Assembly (NCBI RefSeq): GCF_036588685.1
Contig: NC_086382.1
Location: forward strand, 71,238,001 to 71,302,000
DNA: 64,000 nt
Direction: 5' to 3'
DNA from: Mytilus trossulus
Taxonomy: Eukaryota
Positions 61,901-64,000 of this stretch are shown here, piece after piece (the first letter of the stretch is position 1; each line of letters starts with the position of its first letter). The position numbers were made by a program, and so were the translations under genes. A model generated the notes under the pieces. That model worked only from the letters and a program-made list of their open reading frames with translations, was not told where the DNA came from and ran no database searches.

Positions 61901-63130
61901 GCACATTGCATGATATGATAATGAAACTCACAGAATAATCATCCACTAGCACTCACAACAAAGTTTTATTTCACTAGAATCATTATAAATACAGTTTAAA
62001 GATTTTGTCAAATTTGTTAGACTAATCATAACATGATAGTGTTGCAATGATTCTATCAAGTTTGATTAAAAACAAACCAATGATGGAAAAGATCACACAA
62101 CACACACACACACACACAAAAGAAATCTTTCTTAAAAATTTGAATAGAAATTTATTGATAATCAGAACAAGGTCTTCACATGATAAGACATTTTTTATGA
62201 GAAAAAAAATATCTGAAGATAAATAACAATGACCAAATAAGAATTTTTGATTATGAAATTCTTATGATCTTGTTTATTTACTGCCAAAAATATAGCAAAG
62301 AAAATTTACAGAGAGTGCTAGAAGAAAATGGTATTTTATTTTATTGTGTATTTCAGAAGATGAGGAAACCAAAACAGATGCAGAAGAAACCAAAACTGAG
62401 ACAACAGAAGGTAAATAATAAGTTGACAAATTTAAGGGTATTTTTGTACTTTTAGTGTTGAGTTATACTATGTTTTTAAACAGTATTTTTATGCCCCCAT
62501 TTATGGGCATTATGCTTTCTGGTCTGTGCTTCCGTTTGACCGTTCGTCCTTCTGTTCGTCCGTTCGTCAGTCCGTTCGTCCATCCAGATTCAGGTTATAG
62601 TTTTTAGTCAAGATAGTTTTTGATGAAGTTGATGTCCAATCAACTTGAAACTTAGTGTACATGTTTCCTATGACACAATTTTTGTCGAGCCTTCGACTTT
62701 AGTCGAAAAAGCGAGACTAAGCGATCCTTCATTCCCTCGTCGTCGGCAAATTTTTCTTATTTTTCTTATTTCAATGCCAAATTAGAGTTTTTACTCCCAA
62801 ATTCACGGTCCACTGAGCATAGCAAATAAAAGTGCGATTTGGGCATCCCTGTACTATGGACACATTTGTGTTAATTATCTGATCATCTTTAAATAAAAAA
62901 AATAAAGAAATACTTAATTCTCCTTGAAAAAAAAGAAGTAAAAAAAAAAAGTTAAACACTGAATTCATTGTTTTGATCCATAAAGTCTTATAGATGATAA
63001 TCAATAAAGACTGATATGTCTGTGGTTGCTTCCATGTCTGTGGTTGCTTCTATTAATTGTTTTTATTCTTTTGCTCCTTTTAGCAGAAGAACCAGTTAAA
63101 GAACCCTCTGTTAGGATTGAGGAAGAGGAG
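40956..63130 (+). CDS. AK9: Adenylate kinase 9 (multi-exon, 3' end outside window); span of traced exons
   Basis: Phase-consistent exon chain with two AK P-loops (GKPGAGKT, GPPLSGKT), GYVLDDFP and GWILDNFP motifs, and the AK9-type segment RWRRSRWMKNCPVAL...FMKNPRPYLLPPQPRPP. Confidence 0.92.
42573..42716 (+). CDS. AK9: AK9 exon 2
   Basis: AG/GT bounded, 48 codons ending MDPYNENE. Confidence 0.8.
43213..43333 (+). CDS. AK9: AK9 exon 3 (first P-loop)
   Basis: FLHSKPTCFIVIGKPGAGKTSL. Confidence 0.93.
43950..44099 (+). CDS. AK9: AK9 exon 4
   Basis: ILNRGEAVSEDMVIKMIEEKVNSPEVAHHG. Confidence 0.92.
44539..44651 (+). CDS. AK9: AK9 exon 5
   Basis: GYVLDDFPSL...LKPDFIINIK. Confidence 0.92.
45034..45141 (+). 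CDS. AK9: AK9 exon 6
   Basis: IPDKDLEERRTGQKVDPLTG (LID region). Confidence 0.9.
45368..45436 (+). CDS. AK9: AK9 exon 7 (acidic)
   Basis: PTTEEEGEEEEEEAEEEEEAGLE, AG/GT bounded. Confidence 0.85.
45805..45933 (+). CDS. AK9: AK9 exon 8
   Basis: LERLVRRPED...MLRLLE. Confidence 0.9.
46369..46443 (+). CDS. AK9: AK9 exon 9
   Basis: DYMADHDQQFLIEMDGNQSQTVLFK. Confidence 0.9.
46837..47078 (+). CDS. AK9: AK9 exon 10
   Basis: APRFRWRRSRWMKNCPVALHDGNIIPGKPEF. Confidence 0.93.
47619..47799 (+). CDS. AK9: AK9 exon 11 (second P-loop)
   Basis: FLDKIYCLSS...NPRPYLLPPQPRPPCKLSVMGPPLSGKTT. Confidence 0.93.
48060..48219 (+). CDS. AK9: AK9 exon 12
   Basis: VLDMDAIIQP...AAREAE, ends in phase 1. Confidence 0.88.
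48483..48521 (+). CDS. AK9: AK9 candidate 39-nt symmetric exon
   Basis: AG/GT, phase 1-1, VGPVPEKPKPNVV. Confidence 0.5.
48735..48794 (+). CDS. AK9: AK9 candidate 60-nt symmetric exon
   Basis: AG/GT, phase 1-1, AIAAEERAKAERESMTTFTL. Confidence 0.55.
49398..49451 (+). CDS. AK9: AK9 54-nt symmetric exon
   Basis: AG/GT, phase 1-1, ELAMLEEQAEEEEQDIPE. Confidence 0.7.
50230..50426. mobile_element. Tc1/mariner-like MITE in AK9 intron
   Basis: TA-ctgtgg...ccacag-TA termini. Confidence 0.6.
51032..51061 (+). CDS. AK9: AK9 30-nt symmetric exon
   Basis: tttag/gtaaga, phase 1-1, EDDEKKDSDD. Confidence 0.65.
52610..52741 (+). CDS. AK9: AK9 132-nt symmetric exon
   Basis: Phase 1-1, DGTTTEGE...EKPEGESEKPEGESDKSEGE. 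Confidence 0.7.
52775..55360. repeat. 50-bp minisatellite in AK9 intron
   Basis: Unit tagctacctagtcaatcatcaactctttttacttataactacatacatga, about 50 copies, homogeneous core with degenerate edges. Confidence 0.97.
57323..57629 (+). CDS. AK9: AK9 exon
   Basis: ...EVDGNHPEVIAMVEEAVKEAE...AEGP, ends in phase 2 matching the next exon. Confidence 0.88.
58316..58543 (+). CDS. AK9: AK9 exon
   Basis: NGGWILDNFPRTRDQW...LPDDVVCLKD. Confidence 0.92.
59113..59237 (+). CDS. AK9: AK9 exon (charged helix)
   Basis: RKLEEEKRAEEEAAKKAAEEERLRKLEEG. Confidence 0.85.
59618..59635 (+). CDS. AK9: AK9 candidate 18-nt microexon
   Basis: aatag/gtaagc, phase 1-1, DENESI. Confidence 0.5.
61327..61413 (+). CDS. AK9: AK9 87-nt symmetric exon
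   Basis: Phase 1-1, ASKSDAPAQPDEEEGEEKEEEKEAEPETK. Confidence 0.72.
62357..62410 (+). CDS. AK9: AK9 54-nt symmetric exon
   Basis: Phase 1-1, EDEETKTDAEETKTETTE. Confidence 0.72.
62487..62750 (+). mobile_element. Two truncated HINE/pearl-like 5' ends
   Basis: ttttatgccc...gggcat hairpin plus (GTCC/GTTC)n. Second start tttttgtcgagccttcgactttagtcgaa plus (GTC)n. Confidence 0.55.
63084..63130 (+). CDS. AK9: AK9 exon (phase 1 to 0)
   Basis: Long pyrimidine tract, tagcag tandem acceptor, AEEPVKEPSVRIEEE, gttagt donor. Confidence 0.68.
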
Positions 63131-63307
63131 GTTAGTATAGAACAAACATTTGAACTTTTTATTGCTCATTCTGATATCAGGGTTATAAATCATTAAATTG
63201 TTATTTAATATTCATTCCATGAAATTAGAATGCTATGAGAGGATACTACAATGTAGGAGGAAAGAAATTGTAATCGCAAGTTACATCATGTACATTTTAA
63301 TCTTTAA

Positions 63308-64000
63308 TTTTGTTGCAGAAAGCTCGACATAAGGATAGTGATCTGGCGATGGTGGCGGCTACGGCGGTGTAAGCTAACTTCTTAAAAGGTTTATATTTTA
63401 GAAGGTGAAAGACCAGGATGCTTCATACTTTGTATATAGATGCCTCATGTTACAAAGTTTCCGTCAGTCACATGTCCAATGTCCTTGACCTCATTTTCAT
63501 GGTTCAGTGACCACTTGAGAAAAAAGTTAAGAATTTTTGTAATGTTGGTATCTCTCTTATTATAAGTAATAGGATAACTATATTTGGTATGTGCATACCT
63601 TGCAAGGTCCTCATGCCCGTCAGACAGTTTACACTTGACCTCAACCTCATTTCAAGGATCAGTGAACAAGTTTAAGTTTTGGTGGTCAAGTCCATATCTC
63701 AGATACTATAAGCAATAGGTCTAGGATATTCGGTGTATGGAAGGACTGTAAGGTGTACATGTCCAACTGGCAGGTGTCATCTGACCTTGACCTCATTTTC
63801 ATGGTTCAGTGGTTTAAGTTAGATTTTTGTGTTTTGGTCTGTTTTTCTCATACTTTATGCATGAGGTCAACTATATTTGGTGTTTGGAATGATTGTAAGG
63901 TGTACATGTCTAGCGGGCAGATGTCGTCTGACCTTGACCTCATTTTCATGGTTCATTGGTCAAAGTTTAGTTTTTAAGTTTTAGTCTATTTTTCTATTAA
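63308..64000 (+). mobile_element. HINE-like element with ~150-bp core repeats, running off the window
   Basis: (GGC)n remnant, then repeated gaccttgacctcattttcatggttca cores at ~63485, 63635, 63785 and 63930. Confidence 0.65.

Overview
AT-rich, intron-containing animal genomic DNA. The repeat families and gene styles suggest a bivalve, probably Mytilus; this is inference, not a database match. There are four host genes. (1) The first two coding exons of eIF3H (minus strand, with a TCT/TOP-like start). (2) A two-exon, 231-aa orphan type-I membrane protein (minus; signal peptide, Cys-rich ectodomain, TM helix, coiled-coil tail) that the ORF track shows only in part. (3) A spliced C-terminal MYND zinc-finger protein (plus). 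(4) The 5' part of adenylate kinase 9 (plus, 24 coding exons traced from 40956 to 63130), with an X-box promoter and two clusters of frame-neutral small exons encoding mostly acidic inserts. Mobile DNA is abundant. A full-length intact LINE (RTE group, Proto2/RTEX-like) has ORF1 and ORF2 in the same frame, separated only by one TAG, and ORF2 has no usable ATG. A BEL/Pao LTR element with identical 172-bp LTRs but a deleted gag sits inside a ~51-bp satellite. Also present: CR1-type and RTE fragments, several Helentron/HINE-like elements, many MITEs, a degenerate type-I hammerhead ribozyme, a 37-bp TIR-only palindrome resembling a P-element excision footprint, and a 50-bp intronic minisatellite. 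No CRISPR, rRNA or tRNA genes were found.
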